Below, piece by piece: positions 43,969 to 53,090 of a DNA stretch of 53,178 nucleotides. This stretch comes from an uncultured Planctomycetales bacterium (GTDB lineage: Bacteria; Omnitrophota; Gorgyraeia; Zapsychrales; CAZBRU01). The notes under the pieces were generated by a model that made no database searches, was not told the DNA's origin, and saw only the letters and a list, made by a program, of their open reading frames with translations. The stretch spans positions 24,464 through 77,641 of the forward strand of contig CAZEUO010000001.1 of assembly GCA_964515035.1 (NCBI GenBank), in the 5' to 3' direction. Every line of letters starts with the position of its first letter. Position 1 is the stretch's first letter. The position numbers and the translations under genes were made by a program.

Positions 43969-45981
43969 ATGTTCCGCCACCTGTATAACCCCGAAAGATC
44001 TCTGATTGTCATTTTTCTTCTTACGCTCGTAGGGGCATTGGTTTATTTCAATAGTTTCGGTGTCGGATTTCAACTCGATGACATGTCTGTTATCGTGCGC
44101 AACTTTCATTTGCGTCATCCCGAAAAAATAACGGAATTATTTCGCTACGATCCGACGAGGTTTTTAACGCATCAGACGTTTGCCTTCAATGTCATTTTTC
44201 ACGGTTTTAAGCCTGCGTATTTTCATCTGGTAAATTTACTGATTCACATCGGCTGCGCTATAACGGTCTATTTTCTTACGGCCAAGACACTCGTTCTTGC
44301 AAAAGTTAAAGATATTAAGGATGAAGAAACTATCTGCCTGGTGTCTTTTTTTTGTGCGCTTGTTTTTCTGACGCACCCGGTTCAAACAGAAAGCGTGACT
44401 TATATCGTTCAACGCTCAACGGCCCTGGCGGCATTTTTTTATTTAATTTCCTTAATGATGTATTTGAAACTGAAGGAATATTTTAGGTGGACGTTGTATG
44501 TGGTTGCGCTTGGTGTTATTGCGTTGGGAACCATGACAAAACCCATTTTTATTACCTTGCCTTTAATGATTTTGCTTTATGAATTCTGCTTTTTTGATTT
44601 GTGGGGCCGGATTCAAAAAAAAGAAATCCGGTTTAAGCAGATTGTGTTATCCCTGCCATATTGTTCGGTCGTTGTGGTCATCCCGTTATTTTTGATGTTG
44701 TTTTCGCTTCATTACACCTCGGAGGCGTTTGACTCAACGAAACTTATATACGCAACCCGTGTGACTTCCGAGATCTCCCGCTGGGAGTATCTGTTAACCC
44801 AAAGCCGTGTTCTTTTGACCTACATCGGACTATTATTATTTCCCATCAATCAAAATCTGGATTATGATTTTCCACTGTCGCGTCAATTATTTGAACCGCA
44901 AACGCTTCTGCCTTGCCTGTCTATTGTGGGGATCCTATGGGTCGCGTTACGGTTATGGCGGGACCGGAGGATTTTTGCATTCGGTATCTTTTGGTTTTTT
45001 ATTGCCCTCATTCCTGAGTCGAGTGTTTTTCCGATCCCTGATGTTATTTTTGAACATAGATTGTATCTGGCATTGGCCGGCTTTTCCGTTATAGTCAGCG
45101 TTGGATTATATTTTCTTTTAAAAGAGCCTCGCCGATATTTCATGTACGGAATACTGATCATCACGAGCCTGTCATTTGTTACATATTCCCGAAACGAAAT
45201 TTGGCGTTATCCGCTCATTCTTTGGAAGGATGTGGTAAAAAAATCGCCCCTCAAGGCACGGCCGAATCATATTTTGGCTGACGCTTATTTTGCGCTAAGA
45301 TTGTTAGACTCCGCCGAGGCACAATATAAAAAAACGATTTCTTTAGATGTAAATTATTTGCAATCCTATAATAATTTAGGCCGGCTTTATGTCCTGCAAA
45401 AAAAGGACAGTGCTGCGGAGGCCCTCTTCAAACATGTCCTCGAGCGCGAGCTCGGCAACTTTGAAGCCAACGTCAACTTAGGTAATATTTATTTTCAGCG
45501 TGGCCAGTGGGACTTGGCCGTGGCGCAATTTAAAATGGCCGCCACAATCATGCCCAATGCGGAAACGCCGTATCTGAATTTAGGAAACATTTATGCGCGG
45601 ATGAAAAGTATCCCGCAGGCCTTGGAATTTTATGAAAAGGCCATAAAGCATAATCCTTACAATGCTTTTGTCCATTACGCGCTCGGAAACCTTTATATGG
45701 AAGAAAAAGATTTTCCATCGGCGATATCAAATTATAAAAAAGCGATACTGTTAAATCCCCTTTACCCGGATGTCTACAATACGCTTGGCATTGCCTATGC
45801 GGCTTCGGAGAATTTATCCGATGCCGAAATTTGTTTTCAAAAAGCCATAAAACTGAAACCTGATTTTACCATGGCGTATCTGAATGCAGCCAACATCAGC
45901 CGGGCGAAAGGGGATATCGAACAGGCACAGCGGTATTCCCATATTGCTACTGAACTCAGACGCCGTCAGGGTGCCAAATAA
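43969..45981 (+). CDS. TMTC-like GT-C-fold membrane glycosyltransferase with C-terminal TPR array (paralog 4)
   Basis: The ORF is open from 43900 (overlapping the RR gene). ATG 43969 is preferred. Motifs FQLDDMSVIVRN, HPVQTESVTYIVQR, MTKPIFITLP, FPINQNLDYDFP and FEHRLYL. About 7 TPRs. Confidence 0.8.
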   Translation: MFRHLYNPERSLIVIFLLTLVGALVYFNSFGVGFQLDDMSVIVRNFHLRHPEKITELFRYDPTRFLTHQTFAFNVIFHGFKPAYFHLVNLLIHIGCAITVYFLTAKTLVLAKVKDIKDEETICLVSFFCALVFLTHPVQTESVTYIVQRSTALAAFFYLISLMMYLKLKEYFRWTLYVVALGVIALGTMTKPIFITLPLMILLYEFCFFDLWGRIQKKEIRFKQIVLSLPYCSVVVVIPLFLMLFSLHYTSEAFDSTKLIYATRVTSEISRWEYLLTQSRVLLTYIGLLLFPINQNLDYDFPLSRQLFEPQTLLPCLSIVGILWVALRLWRDRRIFAFGIFWFFIALIPESSVFPIPDVIFEHRLYLALAGFSVIVSVGLYFLLKEPRRYFMYGILIITSLSFVTYSRNEIWRYPLILWKDVVKKSPLKARPNHILADAYFALRLLDSAEAQYKKTISLDVNYLQSYNNLGRLYVLQKKDSAAEALFKHVLERELGNFEANVNLGNIYFQRGQWDLAVAQFKMAATIMPNAETPYLNLGNIYARMKSIPQALEFYEKAIKHNPYNAFVHYALGNLYMEEKDFPSAISNYKKAILLNPLYPDVYNTLGIAYAASENLSDAEICFQKAIKLKPDFTMAYLNAANISRAKGDIEQAQRYSHIATELRRRQGAK

Positions 45982-46053
45982 GAAAGAAAATCTTTGCCTC
46001 GCCATTCGATTCAGATATGATTATTTCATTAGTTTGTTGAGTTTTTCGATAAC

Positions 46054-46070
46054 ACTTTCTGACAGAAAGT
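46054..46070. promoter_or_regulatory. Perfect 17-bp palindrome, candidate operator
   Basis: ACTTTCTG-A-CAGAAAGT, 14 nt upstream of ATG 46084. Too short a loop for an RNA hairpin, but typical of a dimeric DNA-binding site. Confidence 0.3.
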
Positions 46071-46083
46071 TGATAGGCCGCAG

Positions 46084-46755
46084 ATGAATATGATGATTGT
46101 GGTAATTATTGGAATCTTGGGATTCTTTCTAGCCGTGCTTTTATTAATGCCGGCGGAAACGAAACGCAAAGGGAACCCTCCAAGTGATGCTCAAAACCCT
46201 TCCGATTTGCGCCTGAAAGAATGGGAAACGGTGACTCAGAGGCTTGAGAAACACATCCATTCTCTGCGTGCCGAGATTGAAGCGTTTAAGGCCCGGGAAC
46301 GAAAGATGCTAAAAGATCTGGCCGTTGAGCGGGATAAAAGTGCCAAGCTTCAGGAAAAAGTTTCGAAAGAGAAGGAATGGCTGGAAAAAGAGGAAGAATC
46401 TTTGAGTAAAAAGGACAATGAACTGCGTGATCTTAAGGGTACGCTGGTTAAAATCGAGAACGATCTCGAACGCGAATTCTCAGCCAAACTCAAAGCCGAG
46501 CAGCAGCTGAAAGAATTAACTGCTGATCATGATTCATTAAACAAGGAAAGCCGGGAGCAGTCGGTTAAAATCATGCGGCTGGAAAGCGAAGTCGACGCTT
46601 ATAAAAAAGAATTAAGCAAACTTAAGAAGGCCAACGAAGAGTTGAGCAAAAAAAACGACGCAACCCAGTGGATCGCCAAGGCTGAATTTGATAAGCTCAC
46701 CCTGAAGATCCAGGAAAAAGAAAAGGAAATTGAGCGGTTGAGCCGCGACAGTTAA
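46084..46755 (+). CDS. Membrane-anchored coiled-coil protein
   Basis: N-terminal TM helix (MIVVIIGILGFFLAVLLLM) followed by ~190 aa of heptad-rich, Glu/Lys/Leu-rich sequence. Confidence 0.6.
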   Translation: MNMMIVVIIGILGFFLAVLLLMPAETKRKGNPPSDAQNPSDLRLKEWETVTQRLEKHIHSLRAEIEAFKARERKMLKDLAVERDKSAKLQEKVSKEKEWLEKEEESLSKKDNELRDLKGTLVKIENDLEREFSAKLKAEQQLKELTADHDSLNKESREQSVKIMRLESEVDAYKKELSKLKKANEELSKKNDATQWIAKAEFDKLTLKIQEKEKEIERLSRDS

Positions 46756-46767
46756 GGTCATGTGCCC

Positions 46768-47958
46768 ATGAAAAGCCGGTTTTCGTTTGCTAATCGTACG
46801 CAATGGCCTTTGGCTTTTAATGAATTAACGCGGTTATCAGAAAGACTAAAGAAAAGCGGCCGGCCGGTTATCAATCTTACCGAATCTAATCCGACAAACT
46901 GCGGATTTTCCTACCCAAAAGAAAAGCTGTTACGGGCGCTTTGCACTTCAAAAAATTTATGTTATGAGCCTTCCCCGCAAGGAATTGCAACGGCACGCCA
47001 GGCGGTCTCTGGGTATTACCGAAAAAAAAATCTAAAAGTTTCCGCCAGCGATATTTTTTTAACCTCGAGTACCAGTGAGGGGTATTCTTTTTTATTCCGC
47101 CTGCTTTTAAATCCGGGTGAGAAAATCCTTGTTCCAGCGCCTAGCTATCCATTATTTGAATTTCTTGCCCGGCTCAATGATTGTCAGGTTGAATCTTATC
47201 CGCTGGTTTATGATGACGGATGGTGTGTTGATGGACACGCACTTCAGGAGCGGTTGTTGCCGCAGGTTCGTGCCGTCGTTCTTGTGAATCCAAACAATCC
47301 GACAAGTTCTGTCATATCAAACGAGGAGCGGATACGGTTAAATAAAATTTGCTCAAAAAATAAGACAGCCATTATTTGCGATGAAGTTTTCTTGGATTAT
47401 GGTTTTGATGGCCGGCTGGACCGCTTTAGCCTAGCAAATAATCGGGATGCATTGACATTTGTATTAAGCGGTATTTCCAAAACATTGGCGCTGCCGCAAA
47501 TGAAAATCGGCTGGATTGTTGCCACTGGCCCTAAACAGTTAGTCTCGGAAGCGAAAGGCCGCCTTGAAATTATTTCGGATACTTATTTATCTGTAAACAC
47601 GCCTTCCCAAAACGCTCTTGGTGATTGGTTGAAGCTTCAGCTGGTTTTAACGCAAGAAATTTTGCGGCGCATTCGCCAAAACAGAGCGATGCTAGCGGCT
47701 TGTCTTCGTGAGGGTCCCTCCTGCCAATGTCTTAAGGCGGACGGGGGATGGTATGCGGTCGTGCGGTTGCCATCGGTCATGAGCGAAGAACAATGGGCTT
47801 TGAAATTCCTTAATAATGATTCCGTTTTTATCCATCCGGGATATTTTTTTGATTTTTCGGGGGGTTCTTTTATCGTTTTGAGTTTACTTTTGCCGCAACG
47901 CGCCTTTCAGGAGGGTGTCCGGCGTATCGTTAAAAGAATCAAGGCAGAAGTATCTTAA
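46768..47958 (+). CDS. Class I/II pyridoxal-phosphate-dependent aminotransferase
   Basis: INLTESNPT, NPNNPT and SGISKTLALPQMKIGW (PLP Lys). ATG 46768 is preferred to GTG 46762. Confidence 0.8.
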   Translation: MKSRFSFANRTQWPLAFNELTRLSERLKKSGRPVINLTESNPTNCGFSYPKEKLLRALCTSKNLCYEPSPQGIATARQAVSGYYRKKNLKVSASDIFLTSSTSEGYSFLFRLLLNPGEKILVPAPSYPLFEFLARLNDCQVESYPLVYDDGWCVDGHALQERLLPQVRAVVLVNPNNPTSSVISNEERIRLNKICSKNKTAIICDEVFLDYGFDGRLDRFSLANNRDALTFVLSGISKTLALPQMKIGWIVATGPKQLVSEAKGRLEIISDTYLSVNTPSQNALGDWLKLQLVLTQEILRRIRQNRAMLAACLREGPSCQCLKADGGWYAVVRLPSVMSEEQWALKFLNNDSVFIHPGYFFDFSGGSFIVLSLLLPQRAFQEGVRRIVKRIKAEVS

Positions 47959-48023
47959 CCCTTGAAAAATTTCTCGTATTTGCTAGGATGATACCGTTTT
48001 ATTAATCAAAAGGAGTTTTTAAA

Positions 48024-48500
48024 ATGAAAAAACGGCCCGACTGGGATGAATATTTTTTAAAGCTCGCCATGCTCGCGTCCGAGCGGGCGACCTGTCCGCG
48101 CATGCACTGTGGATGTGTCCTTGTCAAAAATAAAAATGTGATCGCAACCGGTTATAACGGCTCAATTCCCGGCGATGAACACTGTGAAGATATCGGCTGT
48201 TTGATTGTCGACAATCATTGTGTGCGGACGGTTCACGCCGAGATGAACGCCCTTGTCCAGGCCGCCAAACGCGGCAATCCCGTTGACGGCGCAACGGCGT
48301 ATATTACCAATATGCCCTGCACGACTTGCGCTAAGGCTTTGATTACTGCGGGGATTAAGCGCGTTGTTGTTTTTTCAGATTTTCACGATACCTTGGCGAC
48401 GGAATTTTTTAAGAAAGCCAAGGTGGCAATCGATAAACACGCGATGCCGGCAACGGATATCGCGTATGATTTAGAAAATTATTCTTCCGCAAGGAAGTAG
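48024..48500 (+). CDS. dCMP (deoxycytidylate) deaminase
   Basis: WDEYFLKLAMLASERATC, HAEMNAL and PCTTCAKAL zinc ligands. Confidence 0.88.
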   Translation: MKKRPDWDEYFLKLAMLASERATCPRMHCGCVLVKNKNVIATGYNGSIPGDEHCEDIGCLIVDNHCVRTVHAEMNALVQAAKRGNPVDGATAYITNMPCTTCAKALITAGIKRVVVFSDFHDTLATEFFKKAKVAIDKHAMPATDIAYDLENYSSARK

Positions 48501-48536
48501 ATTTCAGGGCGCCAACCCAAAACAGAGGAGTCACCG

Positions 48537-49055
48537 ATGAAAAAAACGATTTTAGTAATTCTCATGATCTTAATTGGCACGACGCTGTCATTTGCCAAAA
48601 CTAAAGATATCCGTTTTAGCCTCGTCTTGACAGAGCAAGAGGCCCAGACAATTCCAAATAAGAAATTTAACTATGCCCCGCGTCCCGGCGAAAAAGCGAA
48701 AGACATATTCGTCAGCAATGAGCCGCTTCTATCCCGCGAGGATATCAACGCCGTTATTGTGGTTAAAAAACAGGATCCCCGCGAAAAACAACTGCCCGCC
48801 ATAGATCTCGTCTTCACACTGGAAGGCGCGAAAAAACTTGAAGATGTGACATCCAAAAATTTGCGCCGGAGCATTGCTTTTGTTGCCGGTGACCAGGTTG
48901 TTTCGGCCCCGTACATCATTTACCCTTTGAGCCTGGGGCATATGATGCTTTCCTCGTGGACAATTGCCACGGACGATTCGGCAAAAAACTTTGTCAACGA
49001 ACTGGGTTTCAAACCCATCCCCAAAGAGCAGGTTGATTCCATTAATCAGCGGTAA
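48537..49055 (+). CDS. Secreted protein with SecD/SecF P1-head-like domain
   Basis: Signal peptide. LVFTLEGAKKLEDVTSKNLRRSIAFVAGDQVVSAPYI resembles the SecD periplasmic head segment (l..eGa..f...T..n.g..lAivLDg.viSAP.i). Confidence 0.5.
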   Translation: MKKTILVILMILIGTTLSFAKTKDIRFSLVLTEQEAQTIPNKKFNYAPRPGEKAKDIFVSNEPLLSREDINAVIVVKKQDPREKQLPAIDLVFTLEGAKKLEDVTSKNLRRSIAFVAGDQVVSAPYIIYPLSLGHMMLSSWTIATDDSAKNFVNELGFKPIPKEQVDSINQR

Positions 49056-49095
49056 TTCTTAAAGAACATAAGCCGCCGTAAGCCAAAGATACTTT

Positions 49096-49776
49096 ATGGC
49101 CCCGCAGGTCTATAAACTTCAAAAAATTGTCTTTGCCGTAAAACACCAGGCAGAAAAGTTTCTTAACGGAATAACTTCCAACGCGCTGGATTGTCCCCAC
49201 AGCGCTTTTTTAAATTTTCATGGCAAGATTGTTGCCGTGTTTGATCAGCTGAAGGCGGCCGACGACACATATTTTATTGTCATTGAGGACCAATTTTCTG
49301 ATTCCCTGATGCGGCATTTGGAAATGTATATCAGGTTGAGCCGTGTTGTGGTTGCCAGAGAGAATTTTCATGTGTATTTTGATCTCAAAGGCGATTATCA
49401 AAAAGAAAACGGTGAATACACGATTCCGCAGAAAAAAGGGCAGTTGGTTTTGACGTCAAAAATATTGTCTCAAACGGTTTCACAGGAGGAATTTACGTTG
49501 TTTCGATTGAAAAATAACATCCCGGTTCATGGTATTGATTTTTCCGATGAAATGGTTTTAAACGTCAGCGCGGAAGACTTTGTCTCATTTTCCAAGGGGT
49601 GTTTTTTGGGTCAGGAGTTTGTCGCCAAGGTCAACAGCCGCTCGATGCCATCATGGAAATTGGTTGTGCGCGCCGAAAACGAACTCAACGGTGACGAACG
49701 CCAGGCGATGACCTCCAAAACCTTTGACCCGGCCACAGGAAAAACATTAGGTTTTGTCTTTGTTCCCAACCGCTAA
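49096..49776 (+). CDS. YgfZ/GcvT-fold folate-binding protein
   Basis: FLNGITSN near the N-terminus and the diagnostic SKGCFLGQEFVAKV (KGC[YF]xGQE) motif. Confidence 0.7.
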   Translation: MAPQVYKLQKIVFAVKHQAEKFLNGITSNALDCPHSAFLNFHGKIVAVFDQLKAADDTYFIVIEDQFSDSLMRHLEMYIRLSRVVVARENFHVYFDLKGDYQKENGEYTIPQKKGQLVLTSKILSQTVSQEEFTLFRLKNNIPVHGIDFSDEMVLNVSAEDFVSFSKGCFLGQEFVAKVNSRSMPSWKLVVRAENELNGDERQAMTSKTFDPATGKTLGFVFVPNR

Positions 49777-49794
49777 ATCTTCAAAAAATTCATT

Positions 49795-49823
49795 TTCCGA
49801 AATACGAGAATTATTGATATAAT
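49795..49823 (+). promoter_or_regulatory. Candidate sigma70-type promoter (TTCCGA-17 nt-TATAAT)
   Basis: TTCCGA at 49795-49800 and TATAAT at 49818-49823, 33 nt upstream of ATG 49857 (GGGAG RBS). Confidence 0.4.
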
Positions 49824-49856
49824 GACAACTCTTGAGATAAATATTAGGGAGATCTT

Positions 49857-50993
49857 ATGAAACTGAAAACAAAATCTGTCCACACGGGCGTTTATAAAGA
49901 CGGAAGTTATAATTCTGTCACAACGCCTATTTATCCGACGTCGACATTTTATTTTGACGCGCTGGGAAAAAATAAGGGCTTTGATTATACCCGCAGCGGC
50001 AATCCGACCCGTAAGGCGCTCGAGGAAAACATTGCCGATTTGGAAGGCGGGGTTGGGGCGTCTGCGACGGCAACCGGCATGGCCGCAATTACGGCAGTTT
50101 TATTTCTATTGAAGACAGGCGATCATGTGATTACCGGCGATGATATTTACGGCGGGTCTTACCGTGTTTTCCAATATGTGTTTACCAAAATGGGCATTTC
50201 TTTTTCATTTATTAACATGAGGGATTTGAACGCGGTCAAGAAAGCGATTACGTCGAAAACCAAAATGATTTGGATCGAAACCCCGTCCAATCCGCTTTTA
50301 AACATTATTGATATCGATAGTGTTATCAAAATCGCCAAACAAAAAAAGATTTTAACGGTTGTCGACAACACGTTTCTTTCGCCGTATTTTCAGAAACCGT
50401 TTGAATTTGGCGCCGATATCGTGGTTCATTCGACGACAAAATACTTAAACGGTCACAGTGATGTTGTGGGTGGCGCGATTGTTTATCGCGACAAGGAAAC
50501 CGAGGAAAAGGGTCGCTATCTTGTGAATGCCTTGGGCGTTTCGGAAGCGCCCTTTGACGCCTGGCTTGTCTTGCGTGGTATTAAAACGCTGGCCTACCGC
50601 ATGGAAGCCCACCAAGCCAACGCTTTGGCGTTGGCCAAATTCTTGGAAAAACATCCGCGCGCGAAAAAAGTTTATTATCCGGGCCTCAAAAGCCATCCCC
50701 AGCAGGATTTGATCAAGAAGCAAATGAAAGGTTTTGGCGGAATGCTGGCCTTTGAACTGGATACCAAAAAAGTTTCTTTAGAGAAATTCTATAGGAAGGT
50801 GAAAATCTTTTCCTTGGCCGAATCTTTAGGGGGGGTGGAATCTTTGATTGAATCCCCATGGTTTATGAGCCATGCCTCGATGGGAGAAAAGGCTCTGACG
50901 GCCTCCGGCATTACCAAAGAAACGATCCGCGTATCTGTCGGCATCGAAGATGCGGATGACCTCGTTGGTGCTCTTAAAAACGCTTTAATCTAA
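49857..50993 (+). CDS. Cys/Met-metabolism PLP enzyme (cystathionine gamma-synthase / beta- or gamma-lyase family)
   Basis: YTRSGNPT, DNTFLSPY and HSTTKYLNGHSDVVGG (PLP Lys). 378 aa. Confidence 0.88.
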   Translation: MKLKTKSVHTGVYKDGSYNSVTTPIYPTSTFYFDALGKNKGFDYTRSGNPTRKALEENIADLEGGVGASATATGMAAITAVLFLLKTGDHVITGDDIYGGSYRVFQYVFTKMGISFSFINMRDLNAVKKAITSKTKMIWIETPSNPLLNIIDIDSVIKIAKQKKILTVVDNTFLSPYFQKPFEFGADIVVHSTTKYLNGHSDVVGGAIVYRDKETEEKGRYLVNALGVSEAPFDAWLVLRGIKTLAYRMEAHQANALALAKFLEKHPRAKKVYYPGLKSHPQQDLIKKQMKGFGGMLAFELDTKKVSLEKFYRKVKIFSLAESLGGVESLIESPWFMSHASMGEKALTASGITKETIRVSVGIEDADDLVGALKNALI

Positions 50994-51015
50994 ACGTTTT
51001 TTAAAGGATCTTCTC

Positions 51016-51624
51016 TTGGCGCTTTTTTCTTCTCCTGAAGAAAACACTTACCTTTCCGATCCCGATGTTACCCTCATGCTTGATTTTCAAAAAGGAAACA
51101 AAGCCTCCTTTGAGAAACTCATGTCAAAATACTATAAACCTCTGTTGAATTTTATTTATCGCTTTGTCGGCAATGCTGATACCGCCGAAGACCTCACCCA
51201 AGACGTTTTCATAAAAGTTTACAATAGCGTAGCTACCTATCGTCCGGCGGCCAAGTTTCGAACCTGGCTTTACCAAATTGCCAGAAACGCCAGCCTCAAT
51301 GAATTGAGGCGAAATAAATGGCAAACCGTTTCGCTCGATGAGACTTTTGATACTGAAGACGGTGAAACAACGCGCCAGATTGCCGACCCGAAGGCTGAGA
51401 ATCCTTCCCAGGAAATGACGCAACACGAAACGGCCGAACTCATTAAAGATGCAATCGCTAGCCTTCCCGAAAATCAAAAAACTGCGGTTCTTCTTCGCCG
51501 TTATGAAGATATGTCGTACGAAGAAATCGCCAAAACCATGAATTGCTCGCTTGAGGCTGTCAAATCGCTTTTGAGCCGGGCCAAGGAAAATTTAAAAGAA
51601 AAACTCAAAAATCTCGAGCGCTAA
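51016..51624 (+). CDS. ECF-type RNA polymerase sigma factor
   Basis: TTG start. Region 2 DTAEDLTQDVFIKVY...FRTWLYQIARN. Region 4 LPENQKTAVLLRRYEDMSYEEIAKTMNCSLEAVKSLLSRA. Confidence 0.88.
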   Translation: MALFSSPEENTYLSDPDVTLMLDFQKGNKASFEKLMSKYYKPLLNFIYRFVGNADTAEDLTQDVFIKVYNSVATYRPAAKFRTWLYQIARNASLNELRRNKWQTVSLDETFDTEDGETTRQIADPKAENPSQEMTQHETAELIKDAIASLPENQKTAVLLRRYEDMSYEEIAKTMNCSLEAVKSLLSRAKENLKEKLKNLER

Positions 51625-51686
51625 AAAAGGTAAAAAATGACGAAACATTTTCCAATATCAGGTGTTATATCAAGTGAGGTGAGATT

Positions 51687-52199
51687 ATGAATTGCCCGAA
51701 TGTTCAAAAACTGATTCCCCTATATCTCGATAACCAGCTTAAAGACAATGAGTTACAAGCGGTTAAAAGCCATATTAACGGCTGTTCTCATTGCCAGAAA
51801 GAGATTGAGCTTTATCAAAAGTCGTGGGATGCGCTTAAAAATTTAAAGGAAATCGACCCGGCCCCGGGGTATATTTCGCGATTCTGGAGCCGAGTGGCAA
51901 CGGACAAGTCCTTTTCCCAAAAACTGGCTGAAGGAATTCGTGGTGTTTTGACAAGCTGGCAATGGGCCGGTACGCTTGTTACGGCTTCCATTGTTGTTAT
52001 CGTTGGTTTCTTTTCGTTAAAAAATTTCTTACCCGGCACAAATGTTGAATCGGCATTGGCTAAAATGCATCCGGAAGAGCTCGAGCTTGTATCGAACCTT
52101 GAATTAGCTCAGAATTTAGATGTTATTGAAAATATTGATGTCCTGGAAGATTTAGAGGTCATCGAAAACCTGGATTTGTTGGAGTCTAAAGAGATTTAA
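51687..52199 (+). CDS. zf-HC2 anti-sigma factor with acidic Leu/Ile-rich C-terminal repeats
   Basis: C-x27-H-x3-C-x2-C (CPNVQ...HINGCSHC), one TM helix, and an extracytoplasmic tail NLELAQNLDVIENIDVLEDLEVIENLDLLE. Confidence 0.8.
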   Translation: MNCPNVQKLIPLYLDNQLKDNELQAVKSHINGCSHCQKEIELYQKSWDALKNLKEIDPAPGYISRFWSRVATDKSFSQKLAEGIRGVLTSWQWAGTLVTASIVVIVGFFSLKNFLPGTNVESALAKMHPEELELVSNLELAQNLDVIENIDVLEDLEVIENLDLLESKEI

Positions 52200-52429
52200 T
52201 GCAGTGCTTTCTAATAACGATTGCAGTTGTTTTAAGTTGTTTCCTGAGTCATTCGGTATCTTTTGGAAACGAGGAAATTTCCAAGGAAGATTTGGAAATT
52301 ATAAAAAATTTAGAGTTGCTGGAAGAAATAGAAATTTTTCAAAGTTCGGATGTGAATCTCGTTGAAAACTTTGAGGACGTAAGTCAGGTTGATGGGGGAG
52401 AGAGTTATGAAAACAAAACAAGCCGTTAA
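52199..52429 (+). CDS. Small secreted acidic protein sharing the anti-sigma tail repeat
   Basis: TAATG overlap with the anti-sigma gene. Signal peptide. EDLEIIKNLELLEEIEIFQSSDVNLVENFEDV. Confidence 0.45.
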   Translation: MQCFLITIAVVLSCFLSHSVSFGNEEISKEDLEIIKNLELLEEIEIFQSSDVNLVENFEDVSQVDGGESYENKTSR

Positions 52430-52994
52430 TATTATTCCGTTATTTTTACTGGGAACGTTTTTAATGCTATTCTCTTTCGGTGGCCAAAGTTTTGCCATAG
52501 CTGAGGAATCCGGGGAAACGGTCAGCGTTCAGGGAGAGGCGATTGAGAAAAAAGCTTTGGACCGCTGGCAGAACTTATCTCCGGAAGAAAAAGAGAAATT
52601 GCGCGGCCGTTATAAAAAATGGCAGGATTTGGATTCGGATAAAAAAGAAGAGATCAAATCCAAATTTCAGAACTTCAAAAACCTTCCCCCCGAACAGCGG
52701 CAAAAAATAAGAAAAAATTGGGACAAATTTCAATCCTTACCGCCCGAACGAAAAGAAGCCATTAAGCAAAAATTTGAACGTTGGAAAAACATGACACCGG
52801 AGGAGCGCAAAAGCCTTCGCGAGCACCAGAAAAAATTTCAGGATATGACGCCTGAACGAAAGGAAAAGCTTAAAGAAAAGCGGGAGAAATGGCAGAGTCT
52901 GCCACAGGACAAAAAGGACCAATTTCGTCAAAATTTTAAGGAAAGAAGAAAGGGTATTCAGGGGAAAGCCCCAGCGGGACGCGCGAAGCGTTAA
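52407..52994 (+). CDS. DUF3106-like secreted repeat protein
   Basis: ATG 52407 follows a GGGGGAGAG RBS. Signal peptide. Five to six W/F-x2-[LM]-[ST/P]-P-E-x-[RK] repeats (RWQNLSPEEKEKL, FKNLPPEQRQKI, FQSLPPERKEAI, WKNMTPEERKSL, FQDMTPERKEKL, WQSLPQDKKDQF). Confidence 0.75.
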   Translation: MKTKQAVNIIPLFLLGTFLMLFSFGGQSFAIAEESGETVSVQGEAIEKKALDRWQNLSPEEKEKLRGRYKKWQDLDSDKKEEIKSKFQNFKNLPPEQRQKIRKNWDKFQSLPPERKEAIKQKFERWKNMTPEERKSLREHQKKFQDMTPERKEKLKEKREKWQSLPQDKKDQFRQNFKERRKGIQGKAPAGRAKR

Positions 52995-53090
52995 AAAGAG
53001 AAAAAATAGCGAAACTTTTTACAATCTGGCGTGTTTCAATTGCTAAGAGCAGGATAAAAAAAATTTTACATCAAAGAAAGGGAGGGTCAT

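Noticed and set aside
49777-49856. Riboswitch (SAM/S-box-type) upstream of the Cys/Met PLP-enzyme gene.
   Set aside because: The leader between the candidate -10 and the ATG is only ~33 nt and AT-rich, with no room for an aptamer.
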